64,000 bases of DNA from Truepera sp. (GTDB lineage: Bacteria; Deinococcota; Deinococci; Deinococcales; Trueperaceae). Under the pieces are notes generated by a model, which worked only from the letters and a program-made list of their open reading frames with translations, searched no databases and was not told where the DNA came from. Shown here piece by piece: positions 46,847 through 56,232 of the stretch (position 1 is its first letter; each line of letters begins with the position of its first letter). The stretch spans positions 2,464,001-2,528,000 of the forward strand of contig CBDCKW010000009.1 of assembly GCA_965218435.1 (NCBI GenBank). Direction: 5' to 3'. The translations under genes were made by a program, and so were the position numbers.

Positions 46847-47035
46847 ATGTCAAACCCAGAACAGCTTAAAGATGAACCCGTTGCAAAACCGGGCGTCGAG
46901 AGTAACGTCCCGGTGCAAAACGGTTCCGACGAGGTTTACGACCGGCCTGAAGCCAAAGGCAGAAATACCATTTTGCTGGTAAGCTTGGTGCTCGTCGTTA
47001 TCGCGGTGATTATCGTAGCTCGGTATCTTTTTTAG
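46847..47035 (+). CDS. Small protein with C-terminal TM helix
   Basis: AGGAGG SD, hydrophobic tail. Confidence 0.65.
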   Translation: MSNPEQLKDEPVAKPGVESNVPVQNGSDEVYDRPEAKGRNTILLVSLVLVVIAVIIVARYLF

Positions 47036-47108
47036 GCGACTGTAAGCTGAGCGAGCAGAGATTGCACCGGCAGAGGTGGCGTGTCAGGCTGTTGCCAGGA
47101 GGCCCTTT

Positions 47109-47408
47109 ATGCAGCGTACCAAAGAAGACCTCGAGAGGATGAATCAGGCTGAACTCGTCGCACGGGTGTTAGAGCTGCAAGACCTGCTGCGCGAGGGGCT
47201 CGAGGTTCGTAACGCCCTGCACCGCGTCTTAAACGACATCTTAAAAGTCAAAGCCGACGAGGTGAGCCGTTACGCCGACGTCTCTGAAACCAGCTTAGAC
47301 CCGGACGAGTGCGAACTTAAAGAGGCGTGGGCGCACGTTCGGCACGCGGTCGCCAACCCTTCGGGGGCGGCGACGATGATGCCCGACATCCGGGGTGAGG
47401 ACGAGTAA
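47109..47408 (+). CDS. Hypothetical helical protein
   Basis: AGGAGG SD at 47097-47102, ATG 47109. Confidence 0.65.
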   Translation: MQRTKEDLERMNQAELVARVLELQDLLREGLEVRNALHRVLNDILKVKADEVSRYADVSETSLDPDECELKEAWAHVRHAVANPSGAATMMPDIRGEDE

Positions 47409-47425
47409 GGTGAAGATAAGTAAAA

Positions 47426-48382
47426 ATGGCTGAGCGTTACCCGGCAGCAGAGCCTTATGAAACCGGAATGCTGGGGGTTGGTGACGGCCACACGCTGTAT
47501 TGGGAGACCGTAGGTAGTCCTGAGGGCACCCCGGCGGTCTACCTGCACGGTGGTCCCGGCAGCGGCACTACCCCCGGCGCACGCCGCAACTTCGACCCGG
47601 ACGCCTACCGCGCGGTGCTCTTTGATCAGCGTGGCTGTGGGCGCAGCCGCCCGTTAGCTTCCGAACCTGACGCTGACCTGAGCACCAATACAACGGATGA
47701 TCTTATGGCCGACCTCGAGCGACTCCGTAAGCACTTAGGGATCGAGCAGTGGGTTGTCGTCGGCGTCTCGTGGGGCGTCACTCTCGGATTAATTTACGCC
47801 GAACGCTATCCTGAACGGGTCATGGGGCTGGTGCTGAGCGCGGTGACGAGCGGCTCGCGGCGTGAAATAGAGTGGATCACCCGTGACATGGGCCGCATCT
47901 TTCCGCGCGAGTGGGAGCGGTTCGTCGCCGCCGTCCCTAAGGCTGAGCGCAGCGGTGACTTGTCGGCAGCTTACGCGCGGCTCCTCACTAACCCTGACCC
48001 TCGAGTGTGTGAGCACGCGGCGCTCGAGTGGTGTCGCTGGGAAGATGTCCACGTTTCGCTGCTGCCGGGGTGGGAACCGAGTCCTCGCTTTGAGAACCCG
48101 CAGTTTCGGCTCGTCTTCGCGCGGCTGGTTACGCACTACTGGAGTCGCGGCTGTTTTTTGGCGGACGGCGAGATAGTGGCGGGGGCGCACCGCCTAGCTG
48201 GTATTCCCGGCGTCCTCATTCACGGACGTTGGGACGTTTCCGGCCCGCTAGACGTAGCTTGGGCGCTCCACCGCGCTTGGCCCGGTAGCCAGCTGGTCGT
48301 CTTAGAAGACGCCGGTCACGGTGGCGCTGGTTTTCCTGAAAAGGTGACTGCTGCGCTCAACCGTTTTCGTGAGTTGCGTTAA
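47426..48382 (+). CDS. pip: Proline iminopeptidase
   Basis: LHGGPGSG, FDQRGCGRS.P, GVSWG, HGRWD, AGH. Confidence 0.92.
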   Translation: MAERYPAAEPYETGMLGVGDGHTLYWETVGSPEGTPAVYLHGGPGSGTTPGARRNFDPDAYRAVLFDQRGCGRSRPLASEPDADLSTNTTDDLMADLERLRKHLGIEQWVVVGVSWGVTLGLIYAERYPERVMGLVLSAVTSGSRREIEWITRDMGRIFPREWERFVAAVPKAERSGDLSAAYARLLTNPDPRVCEHAALEWCRWEDVHVSLLPGWEPSPRFENPQFRLVFARLVTHYWSRGCFLADGEIVAGAHRLAGIPGVLIHGRWDVSGPLDVAWALHRAWPGSQLVVLEDAGHGGAGFPEKVTAALNRFRELR

Positions 48383-48572
48383 AGCCTTCTCAAGGCTGCT
48401 TTAAACTGCGTCAGTAACTGACGTTTACGTGAACTTTCGACCTTACGACAATAGGTAAAACCAGCAGCGTTTCAAAGCCTTCCCGACACTTGCTTCTTAC
48501 TCCTTACTGCTTTTACAAACCACGGCACGCCAGGTCCCACATGATTTGAAGTGCCAACAGAACCCAAGTTAG

Positions 48573-48588
48573 TGACACTCTCGTGACA
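48573..48588 (+). promoter_or_regulatory. TGACA-N6-TGACA direct repeat (HemR-like OmpR/PhoB box) upstream of the hemA promoter
   Basis: TGACActctcgTGACA; -10 TACCAT at 48610-48615. Confidence 0.7.
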
Positions 48589-48620
48589 GTTATTCAGAAC
48601 GGTTCCGATTACCATAGGGT

Positions 48621-49817
48621 GTGGAACGACTTGCACTTATCGGGGTCTCGCACCGGCGCGGCGGCGCGGCGGCGCTCGAGGCGTGGCAAAACGCCTTTAG
48701 CCCTAAAGTTAACCCCCGGCAGACCCTCTCCCCCGCCGGTTTTACCGAGTGGGTCCCGATTATTACCTGTAACCGCTGTGACCTCGTGGTGGCGCTGCCT
48801 AAAGGAATGGACGCGCTGGGGGCGCGGCAGGCTCTAGCGGCGTACGCCCCCGAGTTTCGCCCCTACGCCTACACCGGTGACGGCGCGTTAGAGCAGCTCA
48901 TCCGCATTGCTACCTCGCTCGACTCACTGAATCCCGGTGAAGACCAGATTATGGCGCAGGTGCGGAGCGCGTTCTCGGCGGCGCAAGCTCTGGGGAGCAC
49001 CGGCCCGACGACGAACTTCGCCTTTCAGACGGCCCTTAAAATCGCCAAAAAAGTCCGCCGTGAGGTGGCGCTCGCGCCGCTGAACACGTCGCTCTTTAGT
49101 CTGGCAAGGCCCGAGTTGGAGCGCCGGTTGCCCCGTGGCGGCACCGTCGCAGTTCTCGGAGCCGGTGAGATGGGGTCACTGGCAGCGAAGGCTCTCGCAG
49201 CTCAGGAAAATATAGACCTCATCATCGTCAACCGCAGTGTAGAACGGGCACGGCAGCTCGCCAAGCTCTTGAGGGCAAAAAGCTCGTCGCTGGGGGCGTT
49301 TTTGGCGGCCCCGCCCCCGCTGGACGCGCTGGTCTGCGCCACGCCGGTACGCGGTCTGATTGACCGGGCGCTCGTTCAAAACCTGCCCGACCTCAAACTT
49401 ATCGTTGACCTGGGCGTTCCCCGTAACGTCGAAGAGGAGGTGTCGGGACTGCCCAACCTGAGCGTCCTCGATATTGACACCTTGCAAGACGCGGGCAAAC
49501 TGCGCCGCGAAACGCTGACTCACCGTCTGGCCGAAGCTGAAACGCTGCTTCAGCGAGAGTTAGAGCTGGCGCTGAGCGGCTGGGCTGAGCGGCAGCTCGG
49601 GCCGTCTATCCAAAAGTTACGGCAACAGTACCTAAACGCCGTTCACGACACGTTGCCCGGACTTTCACCGGCAGAGGCCGAACGTCTAGCCAACCGTTTT
49701 GTCCGTGTCCCGGTGCAGGGGCTGCGAGCTGTGGCGCGGACGCACGGTTTTGAGGCGGCCGAGACGTTTCTGGCTGAAACCGGAGTTCTTACGCAGGTGA
49801 CGCCCTATGACGCCTAG
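48621..49817 (+). CDS. hemA: Glutamyl-tRNA reductase
   Basis: GVSHR, TCNR, SLDS...GE.QI..QV, GAGEMG, VNRS, DLGVPRN. Confidence 0.93.
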   Translation: MERLALIGVSHRRGGAAALEAWQNAFSPKVNPRQTLSPAGFTEWVPIITCNRCDLVVALPKGMDALGARQALAAYAPEFRPYAYTGDGALEQLIRIATSLDSLNPGEDQIMAQVRSAFSAAQALGSTGPTTNFAFQTALKIAKKVRREVALAPLNTSLFSLARPELERRLPRGGTVAVLGAGEMGSLAAKALAAQENIDLIIVNRSVERARQLAKLLRAKSSSLGAFLAAPPPLDALVCATPVRGLIDRALVQNLPDLKLIVDLGVPRNVEEEVSGLPNLSVLDIDTLQDAGKLRRETLTHRLAEAETLLQRELELALSGWAERQLGPSIQKLRQQYLNAVHDTLPGLSPAEAERLANRFVRVPVQGLRAVARTHGFEAAETFLAETGVLTQVTPYDA

Positions 49818-50724
49818 CGGCCCCGTTCGGATTGCCACACGTAAAAGCGACCTCGCGCTCTGGCAGGCGAACTGGGTCAAGGCGCGGCTGGGGGCGCTCG
49901 GGCACCCTGCCGAACTCGTTTTGATCGAAACGCAGGGCGACCGCACGCAAATAGACGGCACCCCGTTTCGGCTAATGCCGGGGCAAGGGTTTTTTACCAA
50001 AGCGGTGCAAGACGCCGTGCTGGGGGGTCACGCGGACGTAGCGGTGCATTCACATAAAGACTTGCCCTCGGCGCGGCTGGCCGGACTCGAGCTGGCCGCT
50101 GTCTCTGAACGGGCCGACCCCAGAGACGTGCTGTTAGTTAAACCCGAAGCGTTTGACGCCGACGCCCCCGCACTGCCACTGCGAGAAGGCGTCACCGTCG
50201 GTACGAGCGCGGCGCGGCGGCGGGCACAGCTTGCGCATTTGAGGGGTGACCTGGAGGTTCAAGAACTACGCGGCAACGTGCCGACACGCGTACAAAAACT
50301 TCGTGACGGCGACTACGACGCAGTTTTGTTGGCGGCGGCAGGGCTTGCGAGATTGGGGCTTGATCTTTCGGGCTTGGAGGTCATCCCGTTAGACCCACAG
50401 CTGTTCGTCCCGGCCCCGGCGCAGGGTGCGCTGGCCCTCGAAATCCGCGCTACCAACTATGAATTAGCTTCACTTCTAACCGACCTGCACAACCCGGCAG
50501 CGTACAAAGCCGTCGCCGCCGAACGCGGGTTGATGGCAATGCTAGAAGGCGGCTGTCAGCTCGCGCTCGGCGCGTATGCAGCCCTAAAAGACGGTCAATT
50601 GGAGCTTACGGCGTGGTACGACGGCAACCGCGTGACGGTCTCGAATCCATCGTCGGAAGCGGCGGCGATGCTCGCCTATGACGCGCTGGGTCGCCCCGCC
50701 CCTATCTCTACGGCGCTCAAATGA
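49807..50724 (+). CDS. hemC: Hydroxymethylbilane synthase
   Basis: IATRKS.LALWQA, AVHS.KDLP, LRGNV.TR, LEGGC. Confidence 0.96.
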   Translation: MTPSGPVRIATRKSDLALWQANWVKARLGALGHPAELVLIETQGDRTQIDGTPFRLMPGQGFFTKAVQDAVLGGHADVAVHSHKDLPSARLAGLELAAVSERADPRDVLLVKPEAFDADAPALPLREGVTVGTSAARRRAQLAHLRGDLEVQELRGNVPTRVQKLRDGDYDAVLLAAAGLARLGLDLSGLEVIPLDPQLFVPAPAQGALALEIRATNYELASLLTDLHNPAAYKAVAAERGLMAMLEGGCQLALGAYAALKDGQLELTAWYDGNRVTVSNPSSEAAAMLAYDALGRPAPISTALK

Positions 50725-51407
50725 ACGTCTTGCTGACTCACAGCGAAGGACGGCTAGAGGGTCTAGCCCCCGCTTTGCAGGCACATAGGTTTAGCGTGAC
50801 GCATCAGCCCCTCATTTACACCGAGTTTTTACCCGCGCGTGAGGCTTACGAAGCGGCTGAAAAACTGTGCGGCGCAGACTGGCTGCTGTTCTCGAGCCGC
50901 ACCGCCGTTCAAGCGTGGGCCGCTTTAGGGCTATCTTTAGACACGTATACCATCGGCGTCGTTGGGCAGAAAACCGCTGACGAAGTAAAAAAATCAGGCA
51001 GGCTGGTCTCAATGTCAGCCAAACCCGAAAACGCTGAAGGGTTACTCGAGACCTTTTTGACGCAGGTTTCGCCGCCTTTAGGGGTCGGTCTCCCCTGCGG
51101 TGAGCAAGCCTTACCGACGCTCTCGATAGGCTTAGCCGACGCCGGTTTTACAGTGACCAAAGCCGCGCTTTACCGCACCGTCACGCGGCCCCTCACCCGG
51201 CTGGACGCCGACCTTATCGTGTTGGCGAGTCCGTCGGCAGTGGCCGCACTGCCCGAAACAATCGGTCGAACGCGGCTCGTCGCCCTTGGACCCAGTACCT
51301 ATCAGGCTGTCAGAAAACGCGGTTGGCACGCGGCTGAGGCTCAAACACCCGACGTTAGCGGCGTCGTTCGGGCAGTGCTCGCTACTACTGCACTCGAGAC
51401 CCGTTAG
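50721..51407 (+). CDS. hemD: Uroporphyrinogen-III synthase
   Basis: VLLT, FSS..AV, VG.KTA, Y.T, ASPSAV, LGPST; operon position. Confidence 0.88.
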   Translation: MNVLLTHSEGRLEGLAPALQAHRFSVTHQPLIYTEFLPAREAYEAAEKLCGADWLLFSSRTAVQAWAALGLSLDTYTIGVVGQKTADEVKKSGRLVSMSAKPENAEGLLETFLTQVSPPLGVGLPCGEQALPTLSIGLADAGFTVTKAALYRTVTRPLTRLDADLIVLASPSAVAALPETIGRTRLVALGPSTYQAVRKRGWHAAEAQTPDVSGVVRAVLATTALETR

Positions 51408-51414
51408 GAGATTT

Positions 51415-52470
51415 ATGATTCAGGATAAGACCGTTTCGCTCATCCAACGCCCCCGGCGACTCCGCACGACCGCCGCCCTGCGTGACCTCATCGCCCAGAC
51501 ACAAGTACGCCCGCAAGACCTGATTGCGCCTTATTTTGTCGTGTCGGGAACGGACGTCACGCAGCCTATTGGGTCACTTCCGGGCGTGTTGAGGCTGAGT
51601 CCGGATTTATTGCTGCGAGAGCTCGAGCGCGGCCTTAACCAAGGCGTCAAAGCAGCGATGCTCTTCGGCGTCGTTCCGGGAGAGCTTAAAGACGGCGGCG
51701 GCACGCACGCGCACGACCCGAACGGCCCCGTCGCGCAGGCACTCCGAGCTGCTCGCCGCGCCTTCGGCAACGATCTTGTTTTAATGAGCGACGTGTGTTT
51801 GTGCGGCTATACCGATCACAGACACTGTGGTCTGCTGCGTACGACCCCGCGCGGCGTGGTCATTGACAACGACCCCAGCTTGGCGGCTCTAGCAGAGATG
51901 GCCCTCGTTCACGCCGAAGCTGGCGTAGATATGGTCTCACCCTCAGACATGATGGACGGGCGCGTCGGCTATTTGCGCGGGGCGCTCGACCGGGCGGGGT
52001 TTCAACATACCGGTATTTTGGCCTACACGGTCAAATATGCGTCGGCCTTTTACGGCCCCTTCCGTGACGCGGCGGGTTCAACACCTAAAGGCGGCGGAGC
52101 TGAAGACGATACGGAGAACAACCTGCAGCCCCCGAAAGACCGTAAAACCTATCAGATGGATTTTCGCAACCCGCGTGAGGCTAGGCTCGAGGTCGCTCTG
52201 GACGAAGCCGAAGGTGCCGATATGCTGATGGTCAAACCGGCGTTGGCTTACCTTGACATCTTGTATCAGATGCGGAGGGCCAGCGACTTACCTTTGGTTG
52301 CGTACCACGTCTCAGGCGAGTACGCCGCGCTCAAAGCGGCGGCAGCGGCGGGCGCGCTCGACGAGGCAGCAGCGGTTTTTGAAAGTTTAACGGCGATCAA
52401 ACGGGCCGGGGCTGACCTGATCATCAGCTACTACGCGCTCGAGGCGACCCAAAAAGGTTGGTTAGGGTAA
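51415..52470 (+). CDS. hemB: Porphobilinogen synthase (Zn type)
   Basis: RPRRLR, DVCLC.YT.H.HCG, SDMMDGRV, MVKPAL.YLD. Confidence 0.97.
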   Translation: MIQDKTVSLIQRPRRLRTTAALRDLIAQTQVRPQDLIAPYFVVSGTDVTQPIGSLPGVLRLSPDLLLRELERGLNQGVKAAMLFGVVPGELKDGGGTHAHDPNGPVAQALRAARRAFGNDLVLMSDVCLCGYTDHRHCGLLRTTPRGVVIDNDPSLAALAEMALVHAEAGVDMVSPSDMMDGRVGYLRGALDRAGFQHTGILAYTVKYASAFYGPFRDAAGSTPKGGGAEDDTENNLQPPKDRKTYQMDFRNPREARLEVALDEAEGADMLMVKPALAYLDILYQMRRASDLPLVAYHVSGEYAALKAAAAAGALDEAAAVFESLTAIKRAGADLIISYYALEATQKGWLG

Positions 52471-52548
52471 CGACTTAGCGCCGTAGCCCACAGCGGATGC
52501 CGGTTTGAGACAACATCAGGGACAGCCGGAGCGTGAGAAAATAGCGGT

Positions 52549-53730
52549 GTGAAGCGTTCTCGTATTACCTCTAGACGTGTAACCCGGATCGCTTTCGTCG
52601 TTGTCGTGGTGTTTTTGCTCGCACAGGTGGCGTGGTGGTTGATCTTTCAGGGGCGCTACATCGAACGGGTCACCCAAACGACCGTCACTTCTTGGGAGCG
52701 TGACGCGAGCACAGCAAGTCAGCTCTATCAGGCGCAGCCGAAACCACCGGTTAAAGTGCAACTCTTAAAGGTGTACCCACAGCTAAAGTTTACGGCAGGG
52801 CGTTTCGTTGTCAATCCGGTACAGCTGAGCACCTTCCGCAACGAACAGCTGGGCCACTTGCGAATGTTCGCCTTTGAAGGCCCCTTTTACGCGCTGGTGA
52901 TTTTGGCCGGGCTCTATATCATCGGGCTGAGTCTGCGGGCTGAACGCGAGCTTAAAAAGCAGCAGAAAAACTTCTTAAATGCGGTGTCGCACGAGTTCAA
53001 AACGCCGATCAGCACGCTCCGGCTGCTCGTCGAAACGGCGCTCTACCGACCCCTAAAACCCGAAAAACAGCGCGACTACTTAGGCCGGATGGAGCGCGAG
53101 GTCACTCGTTTGGAGGCGCTGAGCGAGCAAATTTTAGCCTCAGCGCGGCTCGAGCACGCTCCGATGGTCCAAACGCTGACGCCTACCGACTTAAACAGTG
53201 TCGTCAAAAGAGCGGTCGAACGCGAACGGAGCGGCCTCGAGGCGCGCGGCGCACGGCTCGAAGTTTCTTATACCCCGGACGCTCTTAACGTCGCCCTCGA
53301 CCCTTCGGCGTTTGGAACGATTCTGGGCAATTTGCTCGACAACGCCGTCAAGTACAGCCCCGGCCCGGATAAAGTGGTGCGGGTCAGGCTCGAGGCGCAG
53401 CGCCATCTCGCGTTGGTTCACGTCGAAGATGAGGGCATTGGCCTAAGCGAGAGTGAAAAAGCACACATCTTTGACCCCTTTTACCGCGTCGGCGACGAGC
53501 TGACGCGCGCGACTTCAGGCGTCGGCTTAGGGCTGCATCTGGTGCGCTCGATGACCGAAGCGATGAACGGCTGGGTCCGCTGTGACGCGCCGCTCGACGC
53601 GCAAACCGGGCGCGGCAGCCGTTTTAGTATCGTTTTGCCGAGGCGTTCGGAGCAACCTGCACCTGCCCATCCCTTACCTGTAGATTCACCCGAAACGCGC
53701 TCCACACAACCGCGCACCCTGGAAAGCTGA
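52549..53730 (+). CDS. Membrane sensor histidine kinase (Leptospira HemK-like)
   Basis: Two TMs (WW; MF..EG), SHEFKTP H-box, NLLDNAVKY, G.GLGL. Confidence 0.92.
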   Translation: MKRSRITSRRVTRIAFVVVVVFLLAQVAWWLIFQGRYIERVTQTTVTSWERDASTASQLYQAQPKPPVKVQLLKVYPQLKFTAGRFVVNPVQLSTFRNEQLGHLRMFAFEGPFYALVILAGLYIIGLSLRAERELKKQQKNFLNAVSHEFKTPISTLRLLVETALYRPLKPEKQRDYLGRMEREVTRLEALSEQILASARLEHAPMVQTLTPTDLNSVVKRAVERERSGLEARGARLEVSYTPDALNVALDPSAFGTILGNLLDNAVKYSPGPDKVVRVRLEAQRHLALVHVEDEGIGLSESEKAHIFDPFYRVGDELTRATSGVGLGLHLVRSMTEAMNGWVRCDAPLDAQTGRGSRFSIVLPRRSEQPAPAHPLPVDSPETRSTQPRTLES

Positions 53731-53739
53731 GTCCCCCCT

Positions 53740-54471
53740 ATGTTGACCCCGATGTCCTCCACCCCACCCCCGACCGTGTTGATTATCGAAGACGAAACGT
53801 CTATCGCCGACATCTTAGCGGACAACTTGCAAGACGAGGGCTACACGACGCTTTACGCCGCCGACGGGAGCAGCGGCCTGCGCTGCTGGCAAACCGAGCG
53901 GCCGAACCTGGTCATTTTAGACGTGATGTTGCCGCATCTTTCGGGCTATGAGGTCTGCCGCACCATGCGGGGGCGCGGCGACACCACACCGGTGCTTTTT
54001 TTAAGCGCCAAAGGTCAAGCCGATGACCGCGTGCAGGGTCTCCGGGCCGGGGGTGACGATTACCTCCCTAAACCCTTTCACCTCCCCGAATTTTTGCTCC
54101 GCGTTGAAAATATGCTGAGGCGTCAGCGTTGGGGTAGCAGGGGAGCCGCCCAGACGGGCGACGCACTTTATTTTGGGGGCCACAAGGTCAACTTTCGAAC
54201 CTGGACGGCGACGCTCTCGAATGGTCAAGACGAGCCTTTAAGCGAACGCGAGCTTAAAATCCTCAAACTGCTCAGTCAGCGGCGCGGCGAGGTCGTCAGC
54301 CGTGACGACATTTTAGATACTGTCTGGGGCGACGACGCGTTTCCGAGCAGCCGGACGGTGGATAATTTTGTGGTGCGGCTCCGGCGACTCTTTGAGCCCG
54401 ACCCGGCAGAGCCCCGCTATTTTCATACGGTGTGGGGTGTCGGCTACCGTTTTACCCCAGAGGGCACCTGA
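53740..54471 (+). CDS. OmpR/PhoB-family response regulator (Leptospira HemR-like); start may be 53752
   Basis: IEDE, LDVMLP, KPF, RTVDNFV.RLR, TVWGVGYRF. Confidence 0.94.
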   Translation: MLTPMSSTPPPTVLIIEDETSIADILADNLQDEGYTTLYAADGSSGLRCWQTERPNLVILDVMLPHLSGYEVCRTMRGRGDTTPVLFLSAKGQADDRVQGLRAGGDDYLPKPFHLPEFLLRVENMLRRQRWGSRGAAQTGDALYFGGHKVNFRTWTATLSNGQDEPLSERELKILKLLSQRRGEVVSRDDILDTVWGDDAFPSSRTVDNFVVRLRRLFEPDPAEPRYFHTVWGVGYRFTPEGT

Positions 54472-54484
54472 AAAAGATTAATTA

Positions 54485-54503
54485 TCTATACCCGAAGTAT
54501 AGA
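54485..54503 (+). promoter_or_regulatory. Probable vapBC operator palindrome
   Basis: TCTATAC-N5-GTATAGA just upstream of -10 TACACT (54513-54518). Confidence 0.65.
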
Positions 54504-54524
54504 CTTTAGTGCTACACTCTCTTT

Positions 54525-54761
54525 ATGGATACTGCAAAGCTTTTTAAGAACGGTCAGAGTCAAGCGGTAAGGTTGCCCAAAGCGTACCGCTTTGAGGGTG
54601 AACAGGTTTATGTCAAAAAGCTCGGCAACGCTGTAGTGCTCATCCCCTACGATGATCCCTGGGAACTGATGCTTAACAGTTTAGACAAGTTTGAGGGTGA
54701 CCTGTTCCCCAACGGACGCGAACAACCCGAGAAGGCTGAGCAGCGGGAAGGCTTCGAGTAG
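54525..54761 (+). CDS. vapB: VapB antitoxin (AbrB/MazE fold)
   Basis: AKLFKNGQSQAVRLPK.YRF. Confidence 0.93.
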   Translation: MDTAKLFKNGQSQAVRLPKAYRFEGEQVYVKKLGNAVVLIPYDDPWELMLNSLDKFEGDLFPNGREQPEKAEQREGFE

Positions 54762-55166
54762 GTGCCCTACCTGCTCGACACGAACATCTGCGTCTATATC
54801 ATCCGCGGTCGGCGGCGGGAGGTCGTCGAGCGGTTTCAGCAAAGTGCACTGAGTGACCTGCTGATCTCGAGCGTTACGACCGCTGAACTTTACTTCGGTA
54901 TTGAAAAGAGCGAGCGACGAGAACATAACCTGGAAGTTTTGGAGGCTTTCCTTTTACCCATCACGGTGCAGCCTTTTGAGGGCGGCGCGCCTAAGGTCTA
55001 CGGCAAGCTCCGGGCAACCCTCGAGCGCCAAGGCACACCCATCGGCCCACTCGATACCCTTATCGCGGCTCACGCGCTGAGTTTAGGGGCGACGCTCGTG
55101 ACCAACAACACCCGCGAATTTGAACGCGTCCCTGAGCTAAAGCTCGAGGACTGGACACGTTCGTAG
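54762..55166 (+). CDS. vapC: VapC PIN-domain toxin
   Basis: YLLDTNI, AEL.FG, D.LIAAHA, LVTNN.REF.RV. Confidence 0.94.
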   Translation: MPYLLDTNICVYIIRGRRREVVERFQQSALSDLLISSVTTAELYFGIEKSERREHNLEVLEAFLLPITVQPFEGGAPKVYGKLRATLERQGTPIGPLDTLIAAHALSLGATLVTNNTREFERVPELKLEDWTRS

Positions 55167-55206
55167 CGCCTACGGACACGAGGCGTAGCGGCCCGTACAA
55201 TAAAGC

Positions 55207-56232
55207 ATGAGCCTCTTTTTAGACGCCGCGAACGGCGAGAACACCGCCCATGCTCCCATCTGGATTATGCGCCAAGCCGGACGCTACTTGCCCGAATACC
55301 GCGCACTCAAAGAAAAACATACCTTCTGGGAGCTGTGCCGCACACCGGAATTAGCTGCGGAGATTACCCTGCAACCCATCCGCCGGTTTGGGCTCGACGC
55401 CGCGATCTTATTCCAAGACATCATGACGCCCCTGCCGCCGATGGGTTTAGACATTGACTTTACCCCCGGCCCGGTTTTTAAGACGCCGGTCCGCAGCGCC
55501 GACGCCGTAAACAAGCTCGTCGTTCCTGAGCAAAACGAGATTGCGCCGTATGTTGCTGAGGCCATCCGGCTGATTCGCGCCGAAAGTCCGGTGCCTTTAA
55601 TCGGCTTCGGCGGCGCACCGCTGACGCTCGCAACTTACGTCGTGCAAGGCGGCAGCAGCAAAGACTACGACGAGTTTCGGCAGTTTTTACGCTACGCGCC
55701 TGAGACGGCGCACAAACTTTTGGGAAAACTTACCGAAGTCTCGATTCGTTACCTCGAGATGCAAATAGAAGCTGGCGCACAGGCGGTTCAACTGTTCGAC
55801 TCGTGGGCCGGACTTCACGACGCCCGCACCTACAGGGAGTTTGCTAAACCCTACAACACCCGTATCTTTGAAGCTCTGGCTGACTACGGCGTCCCCCGTT
55901 TGTACATTGCGGTAGACGCGCTGCACCTTTACGGCGAAATTAAAGACCTACCGTGTGAAGTCGTCAGTGTGGACTGGCGCGTGCCGCTCTCGCAGGTGCG
56001 CCCGCTCCTGCCCGGAAAGGTGCTCCAAGGCAACCTCGACCCGGCGGTGTTGCTCGCGCCGGAGAAAGTCATGCAAAGGGAGACCGAACGCGTTTTACGC
56101 GAAGGGTTGGGCGGGCCGCATATCTTTAACTTGGGTCACGGCATCATGCGGCAGACCAACCCGGAACGTGTAACGCAGCTTCTCGAGGTCGTGCGGGCGT
56201 TTGACCGAGCTGAGGTGGCCGAACGTGTCTAG
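55207..56232 (+). CDS. hemE: Uroporphyrinogen decarboxylase
   Basis: PIWIMRQAGRYLPEY, QLFDSW, QGNLDP, FNLGHG. Confidence 0.97.
   Translation: MSLFLDAANGENTAHAPIWIMRQAGRYLPEYRALKEKHTFWELCRTPELAAEITLQPIRRFGLDAAILFQDIMTPLPPMGLDIDFTPGPVFKTPVRSADAVNKLVVPEQNEIAPYVAEAIRLIRAESPVPLIGFGGAPLTLATYVVQGGSSKDYDEFRQFLRYAPETAHKLLGKLTEVSIRYLEMQIEAGAQAVQLFDSWAGLHDARTYREFAKPYNTRIFEALADYGVPRLYIAVDALHLYGEIKDLPCEVVSVDWRVPLSQVRPLLPGKVLQGNLDPAVLLAPEKVMQRETERVLREGLGGPHIFNLGHGIMRQTNPERVTQLLEVVRAFDRAEVAERV

Noticed and set aside
52505..52525. Second HemR-like box upstream of the kinase (GAGACA-N6-GGGACA)
   Set aside because: Both half-sites deviate from TGACA and the period is 12 rather than 11 bp.
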